The notes beneath the pieces are model-generated. The model had not been told where the DNA came from. It did not search any database and saw nothing but the letters and a program-made list of their open reading frames with translations. Position numbers and translations under genes: made by a program. This document shows, piece after piece, positions 46,690 to 55,133 of a stretch of DNA of 64,000 bases. Within the stretch, counting starts at the first letter, position 1, and each line of letters starts with the position of its first letter. The DNA comes from Candidatus Algichlamydia australiensis (lineage in GTDB: Bacteria > Chlamydiota > Chlamydiia > Chlamydiales > JAJFMI01), in the NCBI GenBank assembly GCA_033977065.1, contig JAXCHI010000003.1, positions 224,001 to 288,000 on the forward strand, written 5' to 3'.

Positions 46690-47276
46690 AAAAAATTCTC
46701 TATGTTACGGCTGGTTTTCACCTCTTTTTGCTTCTCTTGCTTGTACTTAGCTACCGCACTCCAAAAAAAGTAGAGCCTGAACCTCTTCTTGTGCAAACAG
46801 TACAACTCAAACCTCCCCCTCCTCCGCCAAAACCAAAGCCAAAAGTTGTGAAAAAAGTAGCTCGCAAAGCCCCTATCCAAAAAAAAGCAGCGATTAAAAA
46901 AAAGAGAACACCGTCTCCGCAGCCAAAGGCAAAAAAAATTTTAGAAGAGCTTGATCAAAGTTTTGCTAAAATCAAAAGCACTTCTTCTTCTCTTCCCACC
47001 CCAAAAAAAATTGAAATTGCAAAATCCAAACCAAAACTCAAAGAAGTTCTTATGGGTATTTTGCAGCGCGAGCTCATCTTGCCAGAAATGGGAAAAGTGC
47101 AAGTGCGTTTACGTGTTGATCAAGAGGGAAAAATTTCCATTCAAGAATTTTTACTTATCGAGAGCGAAGCCAACCGCAACTACATTGAAAAAAAGCTGGC
47201 ATCAATCACCCTTCCCTCTTTTGAAAAAAGAGAAGATTCCTATATCCTTACTTTCACAAACAGAGACAACTCATGA
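46686..47276 (+). CDS. TolA/TonB-like energy transducer
   Basis: TM with His, Pro/Lys-rich linker, located between tolR and tolB. Confidence 0.7.
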   Translation: MKKILYVTAGFHLFLLLLLVLSYRTPKKVEPEPLLVQTVQLKPPPPPPKPKPKVVKKVARKAPIQKKAAIKKKRTPSPQPKAKKILEELDQSFAKIKSTSSSLPTPKKIEIAKSKPKLKEVLMGILQRELILPEMGKVQVRLRVDQEGKISIQEFLLIESEANRNYIEKKLASITLPSFEKREDSYILTFTNRDNS

Positions 47277-48541
47277 AACTTTTTCTCCTTCTACTACCCT
47301 TTGCATTGATTTTTTCTGCTGAAGACCTAGTTGTTGAGCTCAGCACACACTCTAATTTAAAACCTCTCTACGTAGAGAAAATTTTAAAAAAAACGACCCC
47401 ACTTACTTCTGAATATTTAGAGACTCTACACGATATTTTCGTCTCTGATTTTGCAATCGGAGGCCGGGCACGTGTGAGCAGCAACCGCGAGGGAGCACAG
47501 CTTAAAACTGAAGTTATCGGCAACAAACTCTCCGCAACGCTATACGATCGGCCTGGCCACGTAAGAAAAAACTATAAAAACATCCACCTTACAGGGAGTA
47601 TCAACCAAGATCGCCGCACCATTCACATGCTAAGCGATACTATTCATAGCCTTCTTTTTGGAGAGAAGAGCATCGCTTCTCTACGCCTCTTTTTTGCTAA
47701 GAGAATGCCAGGTCCCGACGGCTATACCTCAGAAATTTGGGAGTGCGATAGCGACGGCACCAACATGCGCCAAATTACAAATGAGGGAAACTATGCTATC
47801 ACCCCCACCTACCTTCCTAGTGATGGCTCCTCTCCTGAACAACTCCTTTACGTCTCTTACAAACTGGGCCCCCCAAAAATTTTCTCCACACCACTCACCC
47901 ACTTTGCTCCCAAGCAGGCCATCTCCCTTCGGGGCAACCAACTCCTGCCCACCTTTTCGAAAACAGCCAAAATGATCGCTTTTATTTCAGATGCGAGCGG
48001 ACGAGCAGATCTTTTCCTGCAAATTTTTGAACAGGGACGCGGAAGCGTTGGCAAGCCGCGACAACTCTACTCAGTTTCGGGCTCTGTTCAAGCCTCTTCC
48101 TGTTTCAGCCCCGACGGGTCAAAAATTGCTTTTGTCTCTGATAAAGAGGGAACCCCTAAAATTTATTTAATTGATCTAACAACTCTAAAAAGTGGTCACC
48201 GCCCTTCAGCTACATGCATTACAAAAAAATTTCGCGAAAATACAGGTCCAAGCTTTAGCCCTGATGGAAAAAAAATTGCCTACAGCGCTAAAATAGATGG
48301 TGTGAGACAGATCTGTGTCTATGACAGACACACAAAAGAGGAAAAAGTTCTCACAAAAGGAGCAAAACACAAAGAAAATCCTTGCTTTGCGCCCAACTCT
48401 CTTCATATTATCTATAATACAACCGGAGAAAGATCGGGAGGTGGAACTGCAGAGCTTTTCCTTCTCAATTTGAACAATCCTACACCTGTACAGATTACAG
48501 GCGGGCCCGGAAAAAAACACTACCCAACATGGGGCGCATAA
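47273..48541 (+). CDS. tolB: Tol-Pal beta-propeller protein
   Basis: PD40 repeats FSPDGSKIAFVSD, FSPDGKKIAY. Confidence 0.92.
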   Translation: MKLFLLLLPFALIFSAEDLVVELSTHSNLKPLYVEKILKKTTPLTSEYLETLHDIFVSDFAIGGRARVSSNREGAQLKTEVIGNKLSATLYDRPGHVRKNYKNIHLTGSINQDRRTIHMLSDTIHSLLFGEKSIASLRLFFAKRMPGPDGYTSEIWECDSDGTNMRQITNEGNYAITPTYLPSDGSSPEQLLYVSYKLGPPKIFSTPLTHFAPKQAISLRGNQLLPTFSKTAKMIAFISDASGRADLFLQIFEQGRGSVGKPRQLYSVSGSVQASSCFSPDGSKIAFVSDKEGTPKIYLIDLTTLKSGHRPSATCITKKFRENTGPSFSPDGKKIAYSAKIDGVRQICVYDRHTKEEKVLTKGAKHKENPCFAPNSLHIIYNTTGERSGGGTAELFLLNLNNPTPVQITGGPGKKHYPTWGA

Positions 48542-48544
48542 CGT

Positions 48545-49225
48545 ATGAATAAAAAAATTCTTTTTCTCTCTTTTCTCATCTGTTTTGGTTGCAGTCGCAA
48601 TGGAAATGATTCTGTTTGGGACGAGCAGACCACTACTACCCACTACCTTGAAAAGGCAAAGAATTTCTTTAAGCGCCCAAAAAATGATTCAAAGCTTGTA
48701 AACAGTGAAGATGAATTTTTTGGTCGTGAGGAAGAATTTATTCCTCTTCGTGATGAGGATCTACGCGCGCAATCAGGCAACTTTGCCTACACTCAAGCTG
48801 ATCCACCAACCGTTTCTGGGAAGGTCCCAGGGCTTGCAGGGTTTAAAAAACCTACAGGCGACATGGGCGCTCTCTTTAAAACAGTCTATTTTAACACTGA
48901 CAACCACACACTCAGCCGTGATGAGTATTTTGGTACGCTGCGCAACATTGCACGGCAAGTAAAGTCCCAGCCCAACCTCTACGTCTTTGTTGAGGGACAT
49001 TGCGATGAGCGCGCTTCAGAATCATACAATTTGGCTCTAGGAACACGCCGCGCCAACTACGTACGAACCCAACTTATCAAAGCAGGGGTCCCACAAAACC
49101 GCGTTTTCACAGTTTCTTTTGGTAAAGAGAAACCTGCAGTGCCCGGGCACGACCGCGTAGCATGGGCCAAAAACCGCCGCTGTGAATTTAAAATTTATGA
49201 AAAACCTACACTGGTACAAAACTAA
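48545..49225 (+). CDS. pal: Peptidoglycan-associated lipoprotein
   Basis: Lipobox CFGC, EGHCDER, YNLALGTRRA, AKNRR. Confidence 0.92.
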   Translation: MNKKILFLSFLICFGCSRNGNDSVWDEQTTTTHYLEKAKNFFKRPKNDSKLVNSEDEFFGREEEFIPLRDEDLRAQSGNFAYTQADPPTVSGKVPGLAGFKKPTGDMGALFKTVYFNTDNHTLSRDEYFGTLRNIARQVKSQPNLYVFVEGHCDERASESYNLALGTRRANYVRTQLIKAGVPQNRVFTVSFGKEKPAVPGHDRVAWAKNRRCEFKIYEKPTLVQN

Positions 49226-49888
49226 ATGAAAAAGAAACTGACCCACTTTTTTCCACTAATTCTTCTTATTTTGCCTTCGTGCGCCGCCTTAAACTCTTCA
49301 CCGAAAGAGGAGAAGCATCAACTAGAGTTGACCCTTACAAAGCTACGCAGCGACATTGAAGAACTTCGTACAGAACTCAACTCCTCGGAGATGAAACAGC
49401 ATATCTTGGAAGGGAAGATCACCAACCAAGAGAGCCAACTCTCCTCCATTCGTCAAAATCAGCTTGAGCCGCAAAAAGCGGAAATTGAGCAACTATCAAC
49501 AGACCTGAATACAGTAGAAAAGCAACTTTCAGGACAAATCAAAAAGCAAGAAGAGGCGATCAGCGATATTCGCCAGCTCACCCTTCATGCTAATGAGACA
49601 ACAAGCGCCCTTACGCAATACAAAGAAAAAATTGCCGATCTAGAGCGTTCCCTCGCTGAAGTTAGCAAAATCAAAGCAAACATCAAGGAGCTGAGCAACA
49701 TAGCTCTTAATGGCTTGCCTAAAACAAGCGGCACAAAAGCCGTTGTCTACGAAGTACAAGAGGGGGACACTTTAGAGCGCATTGCCCGTCGTTTTGGCAC
49801 CTCTGCGCCTGAGATCATGGACCAAAACAGGCTCAAAGATGATCGCATCCTTGTCGGACAGAAATTGACCATCACCCTCCCATGGTAA
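49226..49888 (+). CDS. Coiled-coil LysM lipoprotein
   Basis: Lipobox LPSC, coiled coil, YEVQEGDTLERIARRFG LysM. Confidence 0.9.
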   Translation: MKKKLTHFFPLILLILPSCAALNSSPKEEKHQLELTLTKLRSDIEELRTELNSSEMKQHILEGKITNQESQLSSIRQNQLEPQKAEIEQLSTDLNTVEKQLSGQIKKQEEAISDIRQLTLHANETTSALTQYKEKIADLERSLAEVSKIKANIKELSNIALNGLPKTSGTKAVVYEVQEGDTLERIARRFGTSAPEIMDQNRLKDDRILVGQKLTITLPW

Positions 49889-49995
49889 TCAGTTACTTTA
49901 ATTTGGCGCTATCTCAATAAAAAAAGAGATAACGCCACTTTTACGCTACATCCGACGTTATCTCTCTTTCGATTCTATTTTGTGTTTAAAATTTT

Positions 49996-50151
49996 TTAAC
50001 ACGCACCTTTTGCTTCCCACAACCCAAGAATATTCTCATCCGGATCCGCAATGTAAGCGTAATAGCCCATTTCCCAACCAAAAATTTTGTAAAACTCCTT
50101 TCCCTTTTCAAGGTCTTCTAAAGGGATTTCAAAATGCACCACTCCGTTCAT
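49996..50151 (-). pseudogene. Internally deleted VOC/glyoxalase-family gene (51 aa)
   Basis: Not in ORF track; MNGVVHFEIPLEDLEKGKEFYKIFGWEM|GYYAYIADPDENILGLWE with GGAGG SD; middle of domain missing. Confidence 0.7.
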
Positions 50152-50310
50152 AATTCCTCCTTTTAGAATTACCTAGCAGGAAATCTTAGATCTTTATCGA
50201 ATATTAATCAAGCCTGTTATCTCACTCATATTCACAACTCTTCGAAAAAAAAAGATGAACTTTTTTTTAGATTCTGTTTCAATTGTGAGAAAACTGCTTT
50301 AGGTGTTTCT

Positions 50311-51021
50311 ATGGTCGAAAAGAAGAGAATATTACTAATCGAAGACGAAGAAGATATCGCTTCATTAATCAAACTTCAAGCGGAACTTGAAGGCTTCAAA
50401 TTGCATGTTGAGGTCGACGGAATCAATGGCTATCGTGCGATTGAGCGGGAGAGACCCGACCTTGTTATTTTGGATGTAATGCTACCAGGCTTAAACGGCT
50501 TTGACGTTTGCCGGCGCATTCGCAACAACCCTGAACTGCGCAACACTTTAGTTGTCTTCTTGACTGCTAAAGGAGATGAGCTTGACATCGTTTTAGGTTT
50601 AGAGCTTGGCGCTGATGATTACATTCCAAAGCCCTTTTCTCCCAAAGTGCTTTTCTCAAGAATCAAAGCGATCTTACGTCGCAAAAGTGAGCCTGAGAAA
50701 AATCACAAAGTAATCCAATTTGGTGAGTACACACTAGACATTGACCGCTATCTGCTAAAAAGAGAGAACGAAACTGTCTCTATCACTCTTTCAGAGTTTG
50801 GAATTTTACGCAGATTACTTGGAAATCGCGGCCAAGTCCTTTCACGCAGCCAGCTCTTAACTGACATCAACAATGATGACGCATTTGTCGTCGATCGCAA
50901 TATTGATGTACACATTGCCTCTTTGCGCAAAAAACTCGGTCCCAAATTCAACTGGATTGAGACTGTACGCGGAGTGGGCTATCGCTTCAAAGAGGAAGAA
51001 GCGGCTCAAAAAGTTGGATGA
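50311..51021 (+). CDS. OmpR/PhoB-family response regulator
   Basis: IEDE, ILDVMLPG, GADDYIPKPF, RNIDVHI, ETVRGVGY. Confidence 0.95.
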   Translation: MVEKKRILLIEDEEDIASLIKLQAELEGFKLHVEVDGINGYRAIERERPDLVILDVMLPGLNGFDVCRRIRNNPELRNTLVVFLTAKGDELDIVLGLELGADDYIPKPFSPKVLFSRIKAILRRKSEPEKNHKVIQFGEYTLDIDRYLLKRENETVSITLSEFGILRRLLGNRGQVLSRSQLLTDINNDDAFVVDRNIDVHIASLRKKLGPKFNWIETVRGVGYRFKEEEAAQKVG

Positions 51022-52256
51022 AGGGATGTACCCATCGCAGGCAGCTATCAAAGATAGCTGCGCTATGTGTCTTCTTTCTAGATAACTTCGGAATAGCTGT
51101 TGTCTATCCGATTTTTACCCCTCTTCTTTTAGAGACGGGGTATGGACTCGTCAACGACTCCACCTCTCTTGCGATGCGAACCCTCATGTTAGGTATTCTC
51201 ATCGCAAGTTTTCCTCTTGCTCAAGTTTTTGGTGCCCCTCTTCTAGGAAGACTTGCCGATATTTCCGGACGCAGGATCGCTTTCTTCCTTACTTTGATCG
51301 GAGGAGCTATTGGTTACCTTCTTTCTGGTCTCGGCATTGAAGTCGGAAGTTACGTACTACTTCTCGCTTCGCGTTTTCTCACCGGTCTCTTCGCCAGTAA
51401 CTTAACACTCGCTCTTGCCTCTATTTCTGACCTCACTCACACCCCAAAAGAGCGTTCGAGAAATTTTGGAATCTTAGCAACTGTTGCGGGATTTAGCTTT
51501 ATCGTTGCCATCTTCATTGGCGGTGCCTTTTCAAGCCGCTTGCTTGACCGCGATTTTAGCTCCGCTATTCCCTTCTGGATCGCCTCAGCCATCTCCCTTC
51601 TCAATCTCTACATCATCGTGCGCTTTTACGATGAAACATCTCACCACAAAGGGACGACTCCACTTACGATAAAAAAGTTTTTTCACACCCTCCTTCCCCC
51701 TATTAAAGAGAAGGGTATCTACGTTCTTTATGGGGCCTACTTTTTCTACATGCTAGGGTGGATCCCCTCTCTCCAATTTCTCTCTTACTTTATGATTGAG
51801 CGCTTTGGAGTAGAAAAAGAGACTATCGTCCTGTTATTCCTCTGCGTAGGAGTCGCTTGGATGCTTGGTACTAGTCTGATGAACCCCCTCTTACATAAAG
51901 GGATTTCTCCAAAAGGCTTAGCTGTTATATCTAGCTTCTTCACCGCCTTTTTCCTCTTCCTCCCCGTTGCAGAAATCCCCTTCCACAGTTTCTTCACCTT
52001 CTACATCTTAGCCGCACTTTTCAGCTCTCTTGCTTGGACCAACATCACAAGTTGGATTTCTGTCCAAGCGGGTCGAGAGATCCAAGGAAAAACATTAGGG
52101 ATCAATCAGTCCGTTGGATCGTGTGCCATTATACTAGGTCCCATCCTTGGCGCCCTACTTACTCGCCTCACAGATTCCTTTTTAATTGGCTCAATTGCCG
52201 CTTCAATATTTATATCGTTTCTTCTTTTATTTACTTTTATGGTAATAAAAAAATAA
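51018..52256 (+). CDS. MFS transporter (TetA/DHA1-like)
   Basis: GRLADISGRR motif A, ~12 TMs. Confidence 0.9.
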   Translation: MKGCTHRRQLSKIAALCVFFLDNFGIAVVYPIFTPLLLETGYGLVNDSTSLAMRTLMLGILIASFPLAQVFGAPLLGRLADISGRRIAFFLTLIGGAIGYLLSGLGIEVGSYVLLLASRFLTGLFASNLTLALASISDLTHTPKERSRNFGILATVAGFSFIVAIFIGGAFSSRLLDRDFSSAIPFWIASAISLLNLYIIVRFYDETSHHKGTTPLTIKKFFHTLLPPIKEKGIYVLYGAYFFYMLGWIPSLQFLSYFMIERFGVEKETIVLLFLCVGVAWMLGTSLMNPLLHKGISPKGLAVISSFFTAFFLFLPVAEIPFHSFFTFYILAALFSSLAWTNITSWISVQAGREIQGKTLGINQSVGSCAIILGPILGALLTRLTDSFLIGSIAASIFISFLLLFTFMVIKK

Positions 52257-52259
52257 AAT

Positions 52260-52607
52260 ATGAAAATCATGAACAAGTTTCTTCCATTAATTTTATTAAC
52301 CATTTTATGCGGTTGTGAAAACCGATCAAAAACGCGCACTTTTGTGGATGGAGAGCCTCTAACTTGCACTGACATCACGCGAATTGAACAGAGAAATCCC
52401 GATGTAATGCAACGATACAATAGTCATAAAAGGCTTCGACTTGAAGATATCAAAGCGCTCTCACAGGCGGGAATATCTGATGATAAGATCATTGGGATGA
52501 TTCAAGAGAGTCACTCTCATTTCAACCTGACCTCACAAGAAGTCTTTGAGCTGAAAAACGCAGGGGTATCTTCTTACCTCACCGACTACATGATCAATTA
52601 CACATAA
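52260..52607 (+). CDS. Small lipoprotein of unknown function
   Basis: Lipobox LCGC; repeated LSQAGIS / LKNAGVS helices. Confidence 0.7.
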   Translation: MKIMNKFLPLILLTILCGCENRSKTRTFVDGEPLTCTDITRIEQRNPDVMQRYNSHKRLRLEDIKALSQAGISDDKIIGMIQESHSHFNLTSQEVFELKNAGVSSYLTDYMINYT

Positions 52608-52692
52608 AAAATTGAGTACCAATCTGAGTTATTATATGATTTTCAACTAAATTCAAACTTGTTATTCTCTCTTCAGAAATTGGAGGAATTTT

Positions 52693-53700
52693 ATGAAACT
52701 CGCTCTTTTTTTGTGCTTGATTTCATTTCAAATCAGTGCCCTAACCCCGCCTAAGCCAATAAAAGGCTGGCCTTCTATGGTTATAAACAACTTTCACACC
52801 TCATTAGGTAATGACCTTCTTATTTTAAAAGCTCCAAATCATTGGGGTTACGAAGAAATCAACACTTCCAGAGATGGAAATGCTGATATCAATTTTTTTC
52901 CTTCTAATGGGGGGTATGGATACAGTCTAAGATTAAGACGCATGGAAAATGAAGAAATCGCTAAAGAAAAAGTTAATCGCCTTAGGGACACGTTTTCTAA
53001 ATCTAGAATGATTCAAGAAGGGTTTGAAGTGATTGAAAATAAATTTTGCTATACATGTTATCAGTCTGGTTGCTACGTTGTCCAATTTTGGTATGTAGTA
53101 CCAAAAAAACTCCGTTCTGTGCCTAGCTTTTGGAGGGAGTTAAAAAACTCGGTGATAATCGAAACCAGCCAAGAAGCAAGCTCACTTTCTGAACTCGAAT
53201 GGGCTCCTGTAAGAAAAGTAGATCGGTATACTTATAGTTGTTCTCATCCAAATAACAATTTGCATGTTCTTGTTGATCACAGAGGCACTTTAAAACAAAA
53301 AACAAAACAAACCCCAGGCAAGTCCCATTTAATTGCGTTAACTGATTCATTTAGCAAAATTCTGATTTTTATTAAGTGGGAGCAAGACGAATCAAATACT
53401 TTTAATGATATTGAGAGCCAGCTATTTGAAATAGGAAATGAAATTTCAACATATAAAAAAAATCAAGTGTTTAAAAAAGAATACTTGAAATCAAAAGAAA
53501 ACAATTGGGGGATTTTAGAGGGTTATCCATATTCTGTTATTTCATTTAAAAGCGAAGGTTTCATTTGTTCTTTGGCAGTCAAAGAAAAACTTCTTATTAA
53601 GCCTCCTGGGCCTTTATATAGACTAAAAAACACTCCTGTTTCTATCAAGGAACTGAAAAGATGTTTAAAAAAAATTAATTGGTTCAAGGATGATATATAA
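52693..53700 (+). CDS. Exported hypothetical protein
   Basis: GGAGG SD, signal peptide, AT-rich 335-aa ORF. Confidence 0.65.
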   Translation: MKLALFLCLISFQISALTPPKPIKGWPSMVINNFHTSLGNDLLILKAPNHWGYEEINTSRDGNADINFFPSNGGYGYSLRLRRMENEEIAKEKVNRLRDTFSKSRMIQEGFEVIENKFCYTCYQSGCYVVQFWYVVPKKLRSVPSFWRELKNSVIIETSQEASSLSELEWAPVRKVDRYTYSCSHPNNNLHVLVDHRGTLKQKTKQTPGKSHLIALTDSFSKILIFIKWEQDESNTFNDIESQLFEIGNEISTYKKNQVFKKEYLKSKENNWGILEGYPYSVISFKSEGFICSLAVKEKLLIKPPGPLYRLKNTPVSIKELKRCLKKINWFKDDI

Positions 53701-53715
53701 ACTTGTTTCCATTAA

Positions 53716-53876
53716 GAAAATACTGAATAACTGCTCTTTTCGAGAAGAGATCAAAAATCGAGGGCAAATTAGTTTTGGAGAATTGAGCTAACTCCATAAG
53801 AGTTAGTGGGTTCGAAAGTCCGATTTGGGCCAATTTTTGATCTCTTGTCGGAAAGTCTGAGTTGTTCAGTGGTTCC
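53716..53876. repeat. MITE-like repeat family C, full copy with TTAA duplication
   Basis: TTAA|GAAAATACTGAATAACT...AGTTGTTCAGTGGTTCC|TTAA, 161 bp. Confidence 0.82.
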
Positions 53877-54076
53877 TTAAACAAGAGCCAGAAAAGAAGT
53901 TGCTCACTGTTATAAAAGAAATCGAGCTCTTTTACATATTTTAATCTAAATTGCTACCCTATTGACACAAGAAAGCGAAGCCAATACCTGCTTTGTGCAT
54001 CAAAATTTTTTATTAAGCTGATTTTTTCGGGATTTTGCTTGCGAGGGATTTTCGTGAAACGTACCATTAGAAAATA

Positions 54077-55081
54077 ATGGACGCAAAAACAGAAGACTTC
54101 CACCAAGGGCGGTTTCAAGAGGCAATTCATAAAAATAGCGGAAAAGCGCTGCAAGCTCTCGAAAACGTCATGAATAAAACCACTCTCTTCAAAGGAGTCT
54201 CTCTTCTCTGTTTTGCTTTTTTAAGCTTGTGTTTTCTTGTACTCATTAACTTCTATCCTAAAAGCTTTTTGCTAGCGTTGAATTTAGGATTAATTTTTCT
54301 GAGTGTTTTTACTTTTTTAGTTTTGCACTTCTATTTTGAAATGAAAAAACCTGAAGAGTTGGAATTGATTCGCGAAGGGTTTGTAACCTCCTTACAAAAT
54401 GAACTTCCTGAATCCCTCTCAGCTAATGAATTCCACTTATTACTTGCCAATTCTTCTTACCAGTTCTCCTCATTTTTGCAACCTGATGACTTGGAGTTAG
54501 ACCTGCCATGGAAGCAGAAAATTTGGAAAAAGATGAGTCGCGCTTTTAACTGGAAAGACCTTCACTTAATGCGCGAACTTCTTCTCCTTGGCTCTGTAAA
54601 AGAGCATATCGCTCTGATTCATAAAGAGCCGACAGATTTAGAAGCGCACGCCTCTTTAGCCAACGCCTACATGGCTTTTGCTAGACTCTACACGATCGCA
54701 GATGAGAAGAAAAAACCCTTCTTAAAGCAGCAATTCTACAAGAAGGAGAAAAACCGCGAAAAATTTGCAAATGCCTCCGAAAAAGCGATTGAAGAACTCA
54801 AAATCTTACACCACTTTTCACCCAAAGATCCTTGGGTTCACGCACAACTTGCCAATTGCTACCGTGACTTAGAACGCCCTCTCGATGAGATTCAGGAGTA
54901 TGAAGCAATTTTTGCTCTCTATCCTGAAGATCCAGAAATCTTATTTCGTCTAGGTTCTCTCTACTTCCAGGAGGGAATGAATGCAAAGGGACTTACTACT
55001 TATGCAGCTCTTAAATCAATTGATCCTGAGCGTGCTGGAGAAATGATTTCTCTTTATCACCCTTTTTCACTAGAAAAATAA
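54077..55081 (+). CDS. Membrane-anchored TPR protein
   Basis: Two TMs; AHASLANAY, VHAQLANCY, ILFRLGSLY TPR helices. Confidence 0.8.
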   Translation: MDAKTEDFHQGRFQEAIHKNSGKALQALENVMNKTTLFKGVSLLCFAFLSLCFLVLINFYPKSFLLALNLGLIFLSVFTFLVLHFYFEMKKPEELELIREGFVTSLQNELPESLSANEFHLLLANSSYQFSSFLQPDDLELDLPWKQKIWKKMSRAFNWKDLHLMRELLLLGSVKEHIALIHKEPTDLEAHASLANAYMAFARLYTIADEKKKPFLKQQFYKKEKNREKFANASEKAIEELKILHHFSPKDPWVHAQLANCYRDLERPLDEIQEYEAIFALYPEDPEILFRLGSLYFQEGMNAKGLTTYAALKSIDPERAGEMISLYHPFSLEK

Positions 55082-55133
55082 AACTTTCTTTCTATATTGT
55101 GGGGCTTATTTGACAAACCAGTGAGAACTAGCT

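Noticed and set aside
49921..49969. Intrinsic terminator after the LysM gene
   Set aside because: AGAGATAACG/CGTTATCTCT stem exists but the loop is ~21 nt and the stem is AT-rich; too weak to call
53684..53884. 66-aa independent gene
   Set aside because: Coincides with repeat C; treated as a property of the repeat
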